Source of the DNA: Paraspadella gotoi
Taxonomy: Eukaryota; Animalia; Chaetognatha
DNA: 31,451 nt
Direction of reading: 5' to 3'
NCBI GenBank assembly: GCA_051294375.1
Contig: CM119264.1
Location: 31,469,007-31,500,457, forward strand
Positions 1 to 11,488 of the stretch are shown here, in pieces. Made by a program: the position numbers and the translations under genes. The notes below the pieces were generated by a model, which was not told the DNA's origin, ran no database searches, and was given only the letters and a program-made list of their open reading frames with translations. Position 1 is the first letter of the stretch, and every line of letters begins with the position of its first letter.

Positions 1-116
1 ATTAGGAGAAAAGAAAAGAGAAAGAAAGGAGAAAATATGACAAGGAATTAAAGCAGGAGGAAGGAATAAGAGGATAAATAAAGGAAGAGAAAAAAGGATA
101 AGAAAAGAAAAAAGGA

Positions 117-141
117 NNNNNNNNNNNNNNNNNNNNNNNNN
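117..141. other. Assembly gap (25 N)
   Basis: Run of exactly 25 N, the same size as the gaps at 11189 and 18104, so a placeholder length. Confidence 0.98.
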
Positions 142-549
142 GTGAGAGCGAAGGGGCTTCTGGAATTGGAGGGGATTTGGGCATTAAAGAAATAAAAAAA
201 GAGGGAGAGGGTTGGGACTATGTGCATATTATAAATTCCTGGAGGGACTCACTAGTGGGATCGGGAGGATTACCGCGGAAATAGAGAAAACAAGGAGGAT
301 TTAAAGATCATGGGCGGGAGATCAGGGTGGTGCATTTGGAGGGTTTTAAGATTTATATGATATCTACAAGAAGATAGGATGGAATATTGGTAAAATAGAG
401 GGATATAGAGGCGGTTTGATATAAATAGAGGTAACAGAACAGAACAATAGAATCCTCTGTCGAATGAATAAACGCAGAACGGGCGACCGGAACAACCAAC
501 AACACGTTCCATTATACTAGGTTCCCACAAAAAAAAAAAAAAAACTCAC

Positions 550-790
550 CTGAAGAAAGTCTTTCTTTACAATAACCCTGCCCGTCGGTTCGTTGGTGAG
601 AACATTTTCCGAGAGCTGGGGGAACGAAGCGGGCGGTCCCGTGGCAGAAAGAGTCCGAGACCAGCGGGGAAATTAGGGGGAACATGGGGAGCGTGAGGCA
701 GGGCGCGCGTGCCATTGACGGTCAATCACCTTTGAGGATGAAGCGGTCGAGAATCGTTTCTCCGCATCCCCCGCACTTCGGCGCGCAGCG
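550..790 (-). CDS. Lim3: Internal exon encoding LIM domain 1 of a LIM-homeobox protein of the Lhx3/4 (Lim3) class; frameshifted, probably by read errors
   Basis: The minus strand reads PKCGGCGETILDRFILK, then after small indels VIDRQWHAR, CLT, CHG, GKC, DGQ-YCKE and DF(F)R. This matches my recollection of Drosophila Lim3 (PKCGGCHELILDRFILKV...WHAKCL...CKEDFFK) better than Lhx1/5 (DRFLLNV). There is a consensus donor CAG|GTGAGT at 550/549 and a candidate acceptor TTTTCCAAAG| at 791/790. About 70 nt of excess sequence lies in the middle. Confidence 0.82.
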
Positions 791-3419
791 CTTTGGAAAA
801 TGAGGGAAAGGATATGAAAATGTCGGGGATGAGGAATGAACGAGACAAGGTAGGGATGAGTCGGAGCTCAGAAGTGGCCAAGATACGATATGGTTTATTT
901 GTTTTGTTGTGGTTAATTATACGTAGAAAATAAATGGTGTTGATAAGATCTAAAAAGACGAATATGACCCAAGAGGAGGTAATATTCTTTCCCTCCCTAA
1001 TGAATTTTTTTGGTTGAGGGATCAGTGTTTTTACCGCAGGGTGTAAGTATTAAGGAGATAAAGAAAAAAGAGCTAGAATTGTGTTTACCGACTTAAAATT
1101 TGTCGATTTGTCGATACAAAGACGGAGCTTTTACGAGAAATCGTTCGCCGAGGAAAATAACTGGCGAGGACGGACGAACCCGGCGGAAAACGCACGCAAA
1201 AAGGCAGAGGAGGCGCCAAGAAAACTAAACACCGGGGCCGGGGATCAGGAAAAAAGGCATTACAAAAGGGAGAGAAGAAGAAAACACCCAAACGCACACG
1301 CGTTTTGTGTGGTGGTTTGCTACCTCTGGTTGTCGCCTCTCTCTCCATCCCTTTTTGTTCATCCTCGAAAGACCGAAATCATAGAAGGAAAAATTCGGGG
1401 TATCTCTAACCATGAAGGGGGGGGCAACAAAGAGGAGAAAAGGGAAAACGGGGGGGAACATAAAAGCTCGAGATGAGGAGAGAGAGGAACCCTTTTCCAA
1501 GTTTGGTGGCGTCCATTGAATTTGTATTGGAAGTGGATTAGCGGAAAGAGGGAAAGGAAAAAAAAAATCCAGCAAGGTGGCGGCGAGGGAAGAAGGAGAG
1601 GAAGGGAGTAAAAAGTAGAGTTACGGCGGGCGGGATTGACGATGCGTCTCTGCTAGGGGGGGGTGTCTCTCTCCTTTACCCTGCTGTGCCGGGCCTGATC
1701 CCTGCTCTCGCATCTCTTCTCCGCTCTTCTCTGGTGTTAAGCTAGGATCTTTGATGGCTAAATGCCGTCTCCAGGGTGGAATCTGTTTTGTGTTTTACTA
1801 AAATTTATCTGAGGTGAGGAGGGGCCAGGCATGTGTCGAAGACCAACAAAAACGTCCCGGCGGGGGCGAGGTAGCAAAACATGCGATGCACAGAGTGTTA
1901 AAATGATAGATCAGCGTTTTTCAGCTTTAAAACCGAATCCACCTCCCTTCGCCCTTTAGTGCGCTCTCTGGTAAGGGCAAGGTAGTGTGTATTAATACAA
2001 AATAACAAGCAATGCGATCCTAGTCACGGGAAGACCTAGAACTTTATATCAAGTTTATCTCATCTCAATAAGAATGTAGCCGACTTTTATCTTGAAATTT
2101 TATTCATATAAACTTACTCGACGTGTCGTTTATAAAGTAGACACGCAGCAAGAGTCGTTGTTGCTTTCCTCTCTTCTTTTCGCTTATTCCTCTCTTGTCT
2201 ATATATTCCTGATGTAGTGCGTCCTTACGGTTCTTTTCTTTCTGCTTCTTTCCTTTAGTCTCGTTCGAGTGGACAATTAATCATTATGCCCTCCTTCTTG
2301 ATTTTTATCTAGTCTTGTCATCATATGCGTCAATTCACTTTTCATCTATCTCTCTTCTTTTTTCCATTGTCTTTGTTGAGCGAACTTCAATGTGTCGCCG
2401 AATCTTTATTTCATATTCCGGCGCTGAATTATCAAATAGCATGGGCGAGCGAGGTTTATCATTTTTTTGAACAAGTCGCGCCGAATATAATCGTTACCGT
2501 CCGTGTGTTTTTTTTCTTAAGGTGAGCCAGAAGAGTGGTGGGGTTACCGTAATTATATTATATAAAGTGGGTGTTAATCTTTATTTTAAAAAGTGAATAA
2601 GTGGAATAGAGGTGTGTAAAGGAAAAAATATAAATATACTTAGAAGATATTAAACCGCTTTCTGTTTCATTTTATAGATAACAAATTTGTAAACAATGAG
2701 ATGTATATGTATGGAGGCAACAGAAAAACTTCCCGCGACACCACACACCACACTACACACCACACACACACACACAACTCAAATACAAACAGCAACAACG
2801 ACGCGCGTACGGATGCGGACGGACGGAGACAGATTTATCGTTATGTTGCTTTGGAGGTAAATATGAGGAGAAAGAGGACGTTGATTACGGTTTACTTAAT
2901 TGCGGGCGGTTGAACATGTTGGTCTGTTCTTAACCCTAGCCTCGTCTCTAATCTTCTCTAGGCACGCGAATAGGGATAAAGAGGTTAAATGGAAGGTTAA
3001 CACATAAAAGTTTTGTTACGTTATTTCATACTAAGTTCATATACGGGTCTACTTAGAATAATTCAGATAGTTCTTATTGGTTAAGCACGTAAGCTTAAAT
3101 AAGCTTAAGATAAGTTAGGAAGTAAAGGTTTGATTATTTCAAAACGAAAACTTTGCGAAATACCACTACCTATTTATCTTTTCTGCTCCGCCCGAGTTGT
3201 TTCCACCATACATCCTCAGTATAGTGTTACCGTCGCCTACGCGAATCTGGATCGGCTTTCATTGCGATCTGTCTGCCTGACTTCTATAATAGTGTCTGCT
3301 CTTTGCCCTTCTTTTAGCCTGACTGAGCTTTTGCAGGTAGTGGCTGACGAGGGAGCTGGAACAGAGGAGAGAGAGAGAAACAGTTAGATTAACGTGATCA
3401 TGGAACGAGCGAGGTATGG

Positions 3420-4260
3420 CGATGTTCTCACGCGGGACAAGAAGCAGAGAAGAGAGACGCATGCGAAGGAGACAAGAGAAGGGGAGAAGTTGACATGGAC
3501 AGTGGAAGGAACGACCAGGATGGAACATGCGCGAGGAGGAGAAAGAGGGAGATGATGGATAACAATTAAAATGCGTTAAGAAAGAGGAAGAGAAAATTAC
3601 TAAAAAAGTTGGGGAGGGAAGGGAGAGGAAGGAGGAGGGAAAGTAAGAGAAAAAGACAGAGATGTTGAGTGTTTAAAAAGGAAGAGAGAAAGGAGTGATA
3701 AAAAGGAGAGAGAAGAGGAGTAGTTAGAAGAAGAGAAGGAGAAAGTGGAGGATTAAAAGAGAAAGGGTAGAGAGGATAGGGGACGTTAAAAAGAGAGGAG
3801 TTAAAAAGGAGAAAGGGAAAGTGGATGTAAATGAATGAGGATAAGGGAGAGGAGGGAGGGAGAGGTTAGGATGCAGGAAATAGGAGAAGGAAGGACGAGT
3901 TAAGAAAGAGAAGGGCAGAGGTTAAGAAGAGAGAGGAAGAAGTAAAAAGCAGGAGGGGGTATAAAGAAAGAAAGAGAAGAGGGAGGAGATAAAAAGGGAG
4001 AAGAGGGGGGAGGGGAGGAGAGGGAAAGAGTTAAAAAAAGAAAGGGTGAGGAAGGGGGAGGGAGTTTAAGAAAAAAAGAAGAAGGAGTAGAGTTACAAAA
4101 GAAAAGGAAGAGAAGGAAGGAGTTAAAAAGAGAAGGGAGGAGGGTCATTTGGTCATTTTGAACATTGGACGGAGTGGAGACGCCGATAGCGAATGAATGA
4201 TGCCGAAGAAAGAACTGTAAACGAAAAAATTTCAGGGAAAAGAAAAAAGAAATGAGGAGG
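3420..4260 (+). repeat. Polypurine (GA-rich) low-complexity tract
   Basis: Almost entirely A/G on the + strand; ORFs over it are E/K/R/G- or F/L/S/P-rich artefacts. Confidence 0.9.
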
Positions 4261-5064
4261 GGGATTTACCTGCTGATCTTCCGGTTTCTCTCGAGCTCAC
4301 GTTTCTCTCGTGCTCTCTGACTCTCTCTCATGCTCTGCTCTACTCTCTCTACTCTTTCTCTCTCTCTGCTCTCTCTTCAGTGCTGAGTCTCTCTTCTCTT
4401 TCGACTGGATTTTGCTGCGGCGGTCACATGTCTTGCACTCTGTCTCAGTGGGTACTCGCTCTCTGTCTCGCTTCCTACGTCCATTGCCGAGCAACGGGAC
4501 GGGAGAAAAAAAAACAGGTTTTGGAAGAACGCAAAGGAAAGGGGAAAAGGGGGGGGGGAAAGAACCAAAAAGCGCAAAAGAGGTATTAGCTAGAGAGAGG
4601 GAAAGGGAGAGTAGATTAACTGACCGCAGAACTGAACAGGGGGAGAAGGGGGAAGTGAGAGGAGAGAAAGAAAGGGGGGGAAGAGGACAGATAAGATATA
4701 GTGAGAAAGAGAATTGTGAGATGTCGTTTTGGACAAATTGTTTCTTTGTTGAGGAACGAAAAGTAAGCAGGGAGAGAGATGGGAAAGGAACCAGGAGAGT
4801 GGGGAAGATTGGTGGGGAGGGAGGGGGGGATAGGGACCGGGAAGAGAGTTCCCAGGACCTTCGGAAAGAAGCACGCAAGTCGGGAGATTACACCGAGGGA
4901 GAAAACTTGTGTTAGAGTCTGGTGACCAGCCTCGGGACGCGAGCCACTGTTTGAGTTCTTTGGTGAGTGTTGTTGTGTCTTGTTATTCTTTGAGTGTTTA
5001 GTTGTGATCCGTGTATTGTAGTATTTGGATTATTGTCTAATAGTGACTTAAAGTAAATTTTTTA

Positions 5065-6160
5065 AAGAAGGAGGGATAGAAAAATGCGAAGGAGTGGATA
5101 TAAATGGTAAATATAGAAAAAAGAAGAAAGGGGAAGTGAAAAGGAAAAAGCGGGGGAGAAGAAGGAGAGAAGAAGTATTTTTGAAAAGGGGGGAGCGAAA
5201 AGGGAGGAGGATGTAGAAAGAAATGAGAGAGAGAGAGAGGAAGAAGAAGATGAGCTTAGAAAGAAGGAAATGATAGCAAGAGAGGAAAAGGGAATTGAGC
5301 GGGAAAGAGAGAATAAATCGGGAGGGGAGGGGATGGGAGAGCTGAAGGAAAGACAGGAAATGGAGGAAGAGAGAGGAAGAGAGACAGGAGGAGGGGGGGG
5401 GAGAGGGGGGGTGAAGAGAAGGAGAGAGGAGGAAAGGAGAGAATAGAGAGAGGGGGAGGGGGAAAACGAGGGGTAAATGAAAGGGGAGAAGAGAGGTATG
5501 TGTTTAGATGAGATTTTTAGATAATTGTTTTGTGATTTTAGAGACTACGATGGAGAAGAGGGAAAAAAAGCACCAAGTGGTGAGAAGATAGAGAAAGAGA
5601 AGGAGGAGCTGTTATGATTTTTTGGAGAACCCGAGAAAGAAAAGAGAAAAGAGACCAAAATATGAAATATTTAAGAAAGATTGATTAAGAGTGTGAAGTA
5701 TGAGAAAGAACCATATTATTGAGTATAAAAGAAGAGACGCACCATTAGAGAGAAAATGAGAGAGGAACTTAGATAAGAAGGTTTAGGAAGAGGAGAAAGA
5801 GAGGAGGAGGAGAAGAGGGGGAGATAAAGAGGAGAATAAAGGAAGTTTTAGAGGAAGGAATGATGGAGAAAGATAGAAGATAATTACCAAAAGAGAGAAG
5901 GTGAGATACAGGGGAAGAGAGAGGGTAAAAGATAATAATAGATGAGTGAGGAAAAGAAGAGGAAGGAGAAGAAAGGAAGTGGTTGGAGAGAAAAAGATGA
6001 GGAGAGAAAAAATGGGAATGAAGATAATATGATTATTCTGAGGATAACTGATCCCGTGGGGGAGATTATTTGCGGGGGTGGCAGGGAGGGGGAGGAAAGG
6101 GTAAGGTTGCATTATAAGCTGGCAGAAAGAAGAAATAGGGGTAAAGAGCACGCAAATAGA
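5065..6160 (+). repeat. Polypurine low-complexity tract
   Basis: A/G-dominated, irregular GA/GGA/GAA units. A similar tract lies at 6965-7320. Confidence 0.85.
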
Positions 6161-8346
6161 TAAAGAAATTAGTTAATGTGTATTAGAATTGCAACAAGAG
6201 AAACTAGGGGAGAAGGGGGGAAGAATAAACTCTCAGAACAGCAGAAAGCTCTTATGGAGAGGGAGAGTAGCGGAAACGGCAATAAATAGATCTCAACACG
6301 CGAGACGACTCGGGGGTGTAGACTCAGGAAGGGGAGTTACCTGTTATGATGGAATTTAAGAGGGGATATAGTACCTGAGAATTAACTGTATAATTGATGT
6401 AGTTTTACAGTGGGAGGAGGGAGAGGAAAGAAAAGGACGACGTTGATGTAAGTGCCGACCAGAGAAGGTTAGAAGAAAAAGACCTTGGAGCTAATGATTA
6501 AATATAGTTTGTAGAGCAGTATTTGCATGGGATATATTTAAAAAGCGGAGGTAAAGTTTGTCTTTGTAACAAAGGAGAAGATGTGTGATGATTATTGGTA
6601 AAGACTAGGGAGCGCCGAAGAAAGAAATAAATATATAAAGGGCATATTGTTTGTATTATATAGTAGAGAATAGAAAAGAGAGGAAAATGGTAGATGTTTT
6701 TGTGAATAAAAGAAAAAGAATGAATAATCATTATGGGAAACTTTTTGAGTTGTTGGGTTATAAGTGAGATATAATAAACCAGAAGTGTGTTAGTGTGAGT
6801 GAAATATCAAATTAAAGAGGTATGAAAGAATTGGAAAGGCTGGAAGATATAATATACAACCCATTGTTTTAATAAGAGTATTCCCGCATACGCGTGAAGA
6901 AACAAATAACAACAACCCATTGGGGCCCTTAATTAACCTCTGAATTATGAGCAGCCCCGGTATTAAGGAAAAGAGAGAACTTGTCGATACAAGAGAAAGG
7001 GGAGGGAGAAAAAAGTTGCAGAAAAAAAAAATGAAGAATGCAGAGAGAAAAGAGAGGAGAGAGAGAAAGAAGAGAAAGTAGAGGGGAAGAGGGAGAAGGG
7101 GGAGAAGAGAGAGAAAGAAAAGAGAGCGGAGAGGCCGGAGAGAGGAGGCGAGAGGGGGGAAGGGAAGAAGGATGAAGTTTGGGGGCAGAAGAAGGAAATG
7201 AAGAGGAAAGGAGAAGAAGAAAGGGAAGGAGCGAATGTTATTTGTCGAGAGAGGAGACAGAGGATTGAAAGAAAGATGGAAAGAAAGAGAAAGAAAGAGA
7301 AAGAGAATGAAAGTAAAACCTTTCACAAGCTAGAAAAGTTCACAGGTCTAAATTCACGAGGATTTCAATGGCGTCGGAATAAACAAGACGCAGGTGGGAA
7401 GTAGAGATGGCGTCGACTGGCATCGTTGTGAACTGGCACAGTTGGGAAATACAAGCTGACGACAGATGGCAAGGATTGATGGCAACGTTAAACGGCATCA
7501 TCGTCCTTCTGAGTTCATCACGATACTTTTTAGTAAAGCTTAGCAAAGATTTTAAAATCAAAATTAGAATAGTAGGTCATGAAAGAGCTTGTACTTGGTA
7601 ACATGTTTAAATAAAAACAAATATTTTCTTTTTTTTTTGTACTACACATAGTACTCAATATAGAAAATATCAAAATTAAAAAAAAAATTTTCTTAGTTTT
7701 TAAATAAAATTCGAATTCCTCAGAAAAAGTTGGTAAAAGAAAATATAACTACATGGTGACAATTTCACAAGCGCCGGTAAAAAAAACGCAGTCATTTGCA
7801 AACCAGTAGTTATTTCATTGATTTTAAAAATTAATTGAGTAGAAAATATTAAAGTCATTTATGTGTTCAAATTTTATATTGATCAGTTAAGATATGCCTT
7901 GACAATGAGTTGAGAAAGTTGGCTTGTAAAATCGGGTTTCATTTTCCAACTCACTGTTTTTAAATCCTTTTTTTTCAACTTTTAGCACTTTTTTAAACAA
8001 AGTATTTATTAGGTATTAACAATATTAATATCCTCAGAAAGCCCTTAAAAAAATGAAGAGAATGATATACTTACGAAAGCTCTAACATAAAAATTAGGCT
8101 GCCCAGTAAGGCGTAGTCAAATTTCTAAATTTAACTTTAATTAAATCTAAAAGTGAGGAACGAACAAACATTATATTAAATGAATATTTATGTAATAAAA
8201 AAATATGAATAAATTTTACGCAATTTACGCAGTAGGCTATATTTATACTAGTACTAAATCAATAAATGTTAAAATTTCAAAACAGTTTTTTCTAAGATTT
8301 TTTTGCAGATTTGGATTCGTCATAAAAAGTTGATAAAAAGAAATAT

Positions 8347-8606
8347 AACTCTTCCCTCTCCTCACTTCAGCTGTCCCTCACATCTGACCACTGTCCCTTA
8401 CTTATTCTTTGTTGGAAACTCTCCCTCAATTTTCTCTCTCTCTCTCTCCCTCTTTCTCTCTCTCAAAACTTACTTCAACAGAGACAAATATTGATTGTCA
8501 AAACTGATGAAGGCTCTAAATGAAAGAGCCGAAACATGTCTGACTAAAATTGTGTCAAATAATCGTTGTCAAACAAAACTGTTTTTTCCTAATAATAAAA
8601 ACTCTT
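8347..8606 (+). mobile_element. ~250-bp hammerhead-bearing insertion with candidate 7-bp target-site duplication
   Basis: AACTCTT occurs at 8347-8353 and 8600-8606. Removing the insert gives AAGAAATATAACTCTTTTTTGAAAAATTCTTCATTAAG, which matches the uninterrupted related copy at ~26577-26615. Confidence 0.65.
8504..8540 (+). ncRNA. Minimal type I hammerhead ribozyme motif (HHR1), Penelope-like-element type
   Basis: CTGATGA-A-GGCTCT-aaatgaa-AGAGCC-GAAA-CATG-TC: complete core, 6-bp stem II, palindromic CAUG tetraloop on helix III, GUC cleavage triplet. Stem I is weak (GTCA 8497-8500 with TGAC 8541-8544). Confidence 0.8.
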
Positions 8607-9103
8607 TTTTGAAAAATTCTTCATTAAGTGGGTCAAAAAATTAGAAAAGCTATATTTTAAAGTTGAAAATTAACTTTTTATATATTAAATAGTTTTTTTA
8701 ATTTTTAACCACTAATGAAAGAATTTTTAAAAAATGATTTATATTTTCTTTTATCAACCTTTTGACGAGGAATTCAAATCTTGCATAAAATTAAGAAAAG
8801 CTTATTTGGAAATTTTTTCGATTTATAACGGAATAGTAACTATATATAAATATACCTACTGCAAAAATTAAAAAACATAAAATTAATTTTTTTTACAAAT
8901 TAATGTTACTGATGGTATGTGTTTCATAATTGACTTTTAGAATTTTCGTATGTAACTTTCACTACGTCTTACTGCCCAGCCTTGGTTCAATATTAAGAGA
9001 GTCAAAAGTTAATTATCTAAAATTTTAAATATTTTTTTTAAATATATCACCTGTTTAAATTATTATAAATTTATAACATTGTGATATTGTGGTATTCATT
9101 TCG

Positions 9104-9295
9104 TTTCGTTGTTTTGATGTTTTAGCGAAAACAAAGTTTAGAGTTTGTATTATAACAATTTTTATTTAAAAAAACTGATGAAGACTCGAACAAAAGTCGA
9201 AACATGTCTGATTATTTTAAATGAATCTTTGTAATCTTTGTAATCTTTGAAATCTTTGTAATACAAACTCTAAACTTTGTTTTTGCTATAACATC
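9104..9295 (+). mobile_element. Hammerhead-bearing mini-element with an inverted copy of its 3' tail on the 5' side
   Basis: 9116-9152 is a near-perfect reverse complement of 9259-9295, with HHR2 between them. An internal AATCTTTG(T/A) unit is repeated four times. Confidence 0.65.
9175..9208 (+). ncRNA. Minimal hammerhead ribozyme motif (HHR2)
   Basis: CTGATGA-A-GACT-cgaacaaa-AGTC-GAAA-CATG-TC: intact core, 4-bp stem II, CAUG tetraloop. Confidence 0.75.
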
Positions 9296-9390
9296 GTGTA
9301 ATTTTTCTCTCTTTTCGTTGTTCAATAAGATAGCAGATTCGAAAATGAAAGTTTTAGTATTTTTACAACAATATTTATTATAAAGTATTG

Positions 9391-9426
9391 GATATGTTTT
9401 GACTCTTGTTTTTGAGTCTTCATCAG
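9391..9426 (-). ncRNA. Degenerate hammerhead motif (HHR3), probably inactive
   Basis: Minus strand CTGATGA-A-GACTC-aaaaacaa-GAGTC-AAAA-CATA-TC; the core GAAA is changed to AAAA and the loop CATG to CATA. The copy at 17066-17104 also shows AAAACATATC. Confidence 0.6.
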
Positions 9427-10271
9427 CATTTTTTTTTCATTTTTTTCAGAAAACTTACTTAAAGTAAGAGAAAAAAAATTGAATCTAAAAAAGTGAGTTG
9501 GAAAATGAAACCCGATTTTACAAGCCAACTTTCTCCACTCATTGTCAAGGCATATCTTAACTGATCAATTTAAAATTTGAAAACATAAATGACTTTAATA
9601 TATTCTACTCAAATAATTTTTAATATCAATGAAATAACATATGGTTTGCAAATGAGAGCGTTATTTAACCGGCATTTGTAAAATTGTCACCATGTAAGTA
9701 TATTCGAATCTGCTTTCAAAACTAAGAAAAAAACTTTTTTTTAAATTTGGACATTTTCTAGGGTAAGTATTATGTATAAATATGGGCTAATGCGAAAAAC
9801 TATTTCATACACCGATATTTTTTAGAACCAGACTTTTCGAATTTTGATCTGCAATTTTCACCTCGCCTTACTTTATAGAAAAACTGTTAATCTTAGAGAT
9901 GCATTATATTTCGAGTTTCTTGCTGCATCAATGGCCAACTGGAGATGTTTACAATTGGCAGCACCTGGTTTAGTTGCAATTTCCAAGGGGCACAACGAGG
10001 CGGAATCTTCAAACGGAGTAAACACGGAGCAGGTAGTGAAAAGTCTCAGTCTAAAAATTTGGGAAACAAAGAAAAAAAAGAGAAGATAAAGAATAAATAA
10101 AAGAAGATAAAGAATAAATGAATTGGACTGTTTAAGAATTAAGAGTCCTGTTTAAAAGCTTTTAGTGTCATAAAAAGAAGTTCTGTTCTGTAGGAAAAAG
10201 AAATCCTATTTATGGAATGAATGTATATTTTTTTATTGGGTGTACCAAACCAAACTGTGAGAGAGTATTCA

Positions 10272-10375
10272 CCTACTATGTTATTATTTTGTAAGAGTGA
10301 TGGAGCCCTTAAACCACCAACGCCTGCCCAAAGTCTGGGGCAAGATAGCTTATTTATTAAATGAATGGACAATTT
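10272..10375 (+). repeat. Unclassified interspersed repeat fragment
   Basis: CCTACTATGTTATTATTTTGTA..GTGATGGAGCCCTTAAACCACCAA..GGCAAGATAGCTTATTTATTAAATGAAT aligns with 30219-30330. Confidence 0.7.
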
Positions 10376-11062
10376 TACATTGGTTGTACCAATTTTATAT
10401 AGGTATTAGGTAATACAACAGTTCACTGAAATGAAGAGTAAAAAAGGGAATAAAATTAAAACGATAAACAAAAAAAGGAGAAAATATATTACATAAAAGA
10501 ACAAAAATGCAATTTTTTTAATCTGACATATGAAAGATAAACCCCTGATAGACATTAGCTTTTCCTTTTCGATTTTTCCTTTTTTTATTATTCTATTTTT
10601 CGCATTAGCTTTTTTTCTGTATATTTTCTTTTTCCTTATTCTATACTATTTTAGCATTAGATGTTTTTCCTACACCCTTTTTAGTCGGATCTGCTTATCA
10701 GCAGATTTCGGCTCTATAATCCACTTGGTCGGTCCGACAGTTCCACCCCAAAAGGTAGTCGGGCACTCACTTAAATCATGTTGGAAAATCGAGTTATGAT
10801 AAATTAAGTAAAAAAAAACGATGTCCGTCCGTCCGTCCGTCTGTCTGTCTGTCCGTCTGTCTGTCCGTCCGTCCCACCTTAGCCAAAAACTCCAATTACT
10901 CATGATTGGATGGATAGATTGAAATGAAATTTTGTGTCTGGGAGGAAAGTATGTGGTTAAGCTGGAAATACGAGTTTAAACTAGAAATCCAAAAGAAACA
11001 ATTATTTGAATTTTTCCCTCTCTCTATCTCTCTCTGATTGATTGCTTGATTGATTGATTGAA

Positions 11063-11296
11063 CAAATTATGCCAGTTGACCAAATTATTCAAGTGACCAA
11101 ATCATTCAAGTGATCAAATTATGCCAGTTGACAAAATTATGCAAGTTGACCAAATTATACCGGGTGACCAAATTATGCCAGTTGACCANNNNNNNNNNNN
11201 NNNNNNNNNNNNNAATTAATTGCAAGTTTGCGAAACAAACTATGCCAGTTAAAAAAATTATGTCAGTTGAGTCAATTATTCAGGTGACCAAATTAG
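11063..11296 (+). repeat. 17-18-bp central tandem repeat (CAAATTATGCCAGTTGAC)
   Basis: Roughly a dozen imperfect units, interrupted by the 25-N gap. Confidence 0.9.
11189..11213. other. Assembly gap (25 N), true length about zero
   Basis: The inverted copy reads across it at ~15205-15240 (GCAATTAATTTGGTCA), joining GTTGACCA directly to AATTAAT. Confidence 0.85.
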
Positions 11297-11488
11297 TTGG
11301 TATTCGGCACAGCCCTGGTAATATTTGATATAAATCAATTGATTATATTATTTTTCATAGATTCTATTCAAGAATTCTGGTTTTTTTATTGTTTCGATTG
11401 TTAGATCTTAAATTGAATAGTCAGAAAAAATTCCCGCCACAGTGATTTATGATCGGATTAGCTTTATGTACCGCTAATTATAGTAGGA

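Larger units (their letters stand above)
7643..9778. mobile_element. Foldback/MITE-like element with long imperfect inverted arms
   Basis: 7643-7970 is the reverse complement of ~9480-9778 (e.g. GAAAGTTGGCTTGTAAAATCGGGTTTCATTTTCCAACTCACT). 8097-8125 pairs with 8953-8981, and 8229-8348 with 8740-8862. A module like AATTCCTC..AAAAGTTGRTAAAAGAAAATAT recurs at ~7713, ~8310 and ~8740 (rc). No ORF. Confidence 0.7.

Noticed and set aside
3344-3386. CTGACGAG...GAAAC hammerhead-like spacing
   Set aside because: The intervening purine-rich sequence cannot form stem II.
2112-4270. Minus-strand donor-like sites (GTAAGT at ~2117, CAG|GTAAAT at 4270) as Lim3 upstream exons
   Set aside because: No recognisable peptide or acceptor, and the sequence here looks too noisy to call.
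8467-8494. KTYFNRDKY just upstream of HHR1 resembling the LNRDxG end of PLE GIY-YIG endonucleases
   Set aside because: Only three residues match and the upstream sequence is a CT microsatellite; compatible with chance.
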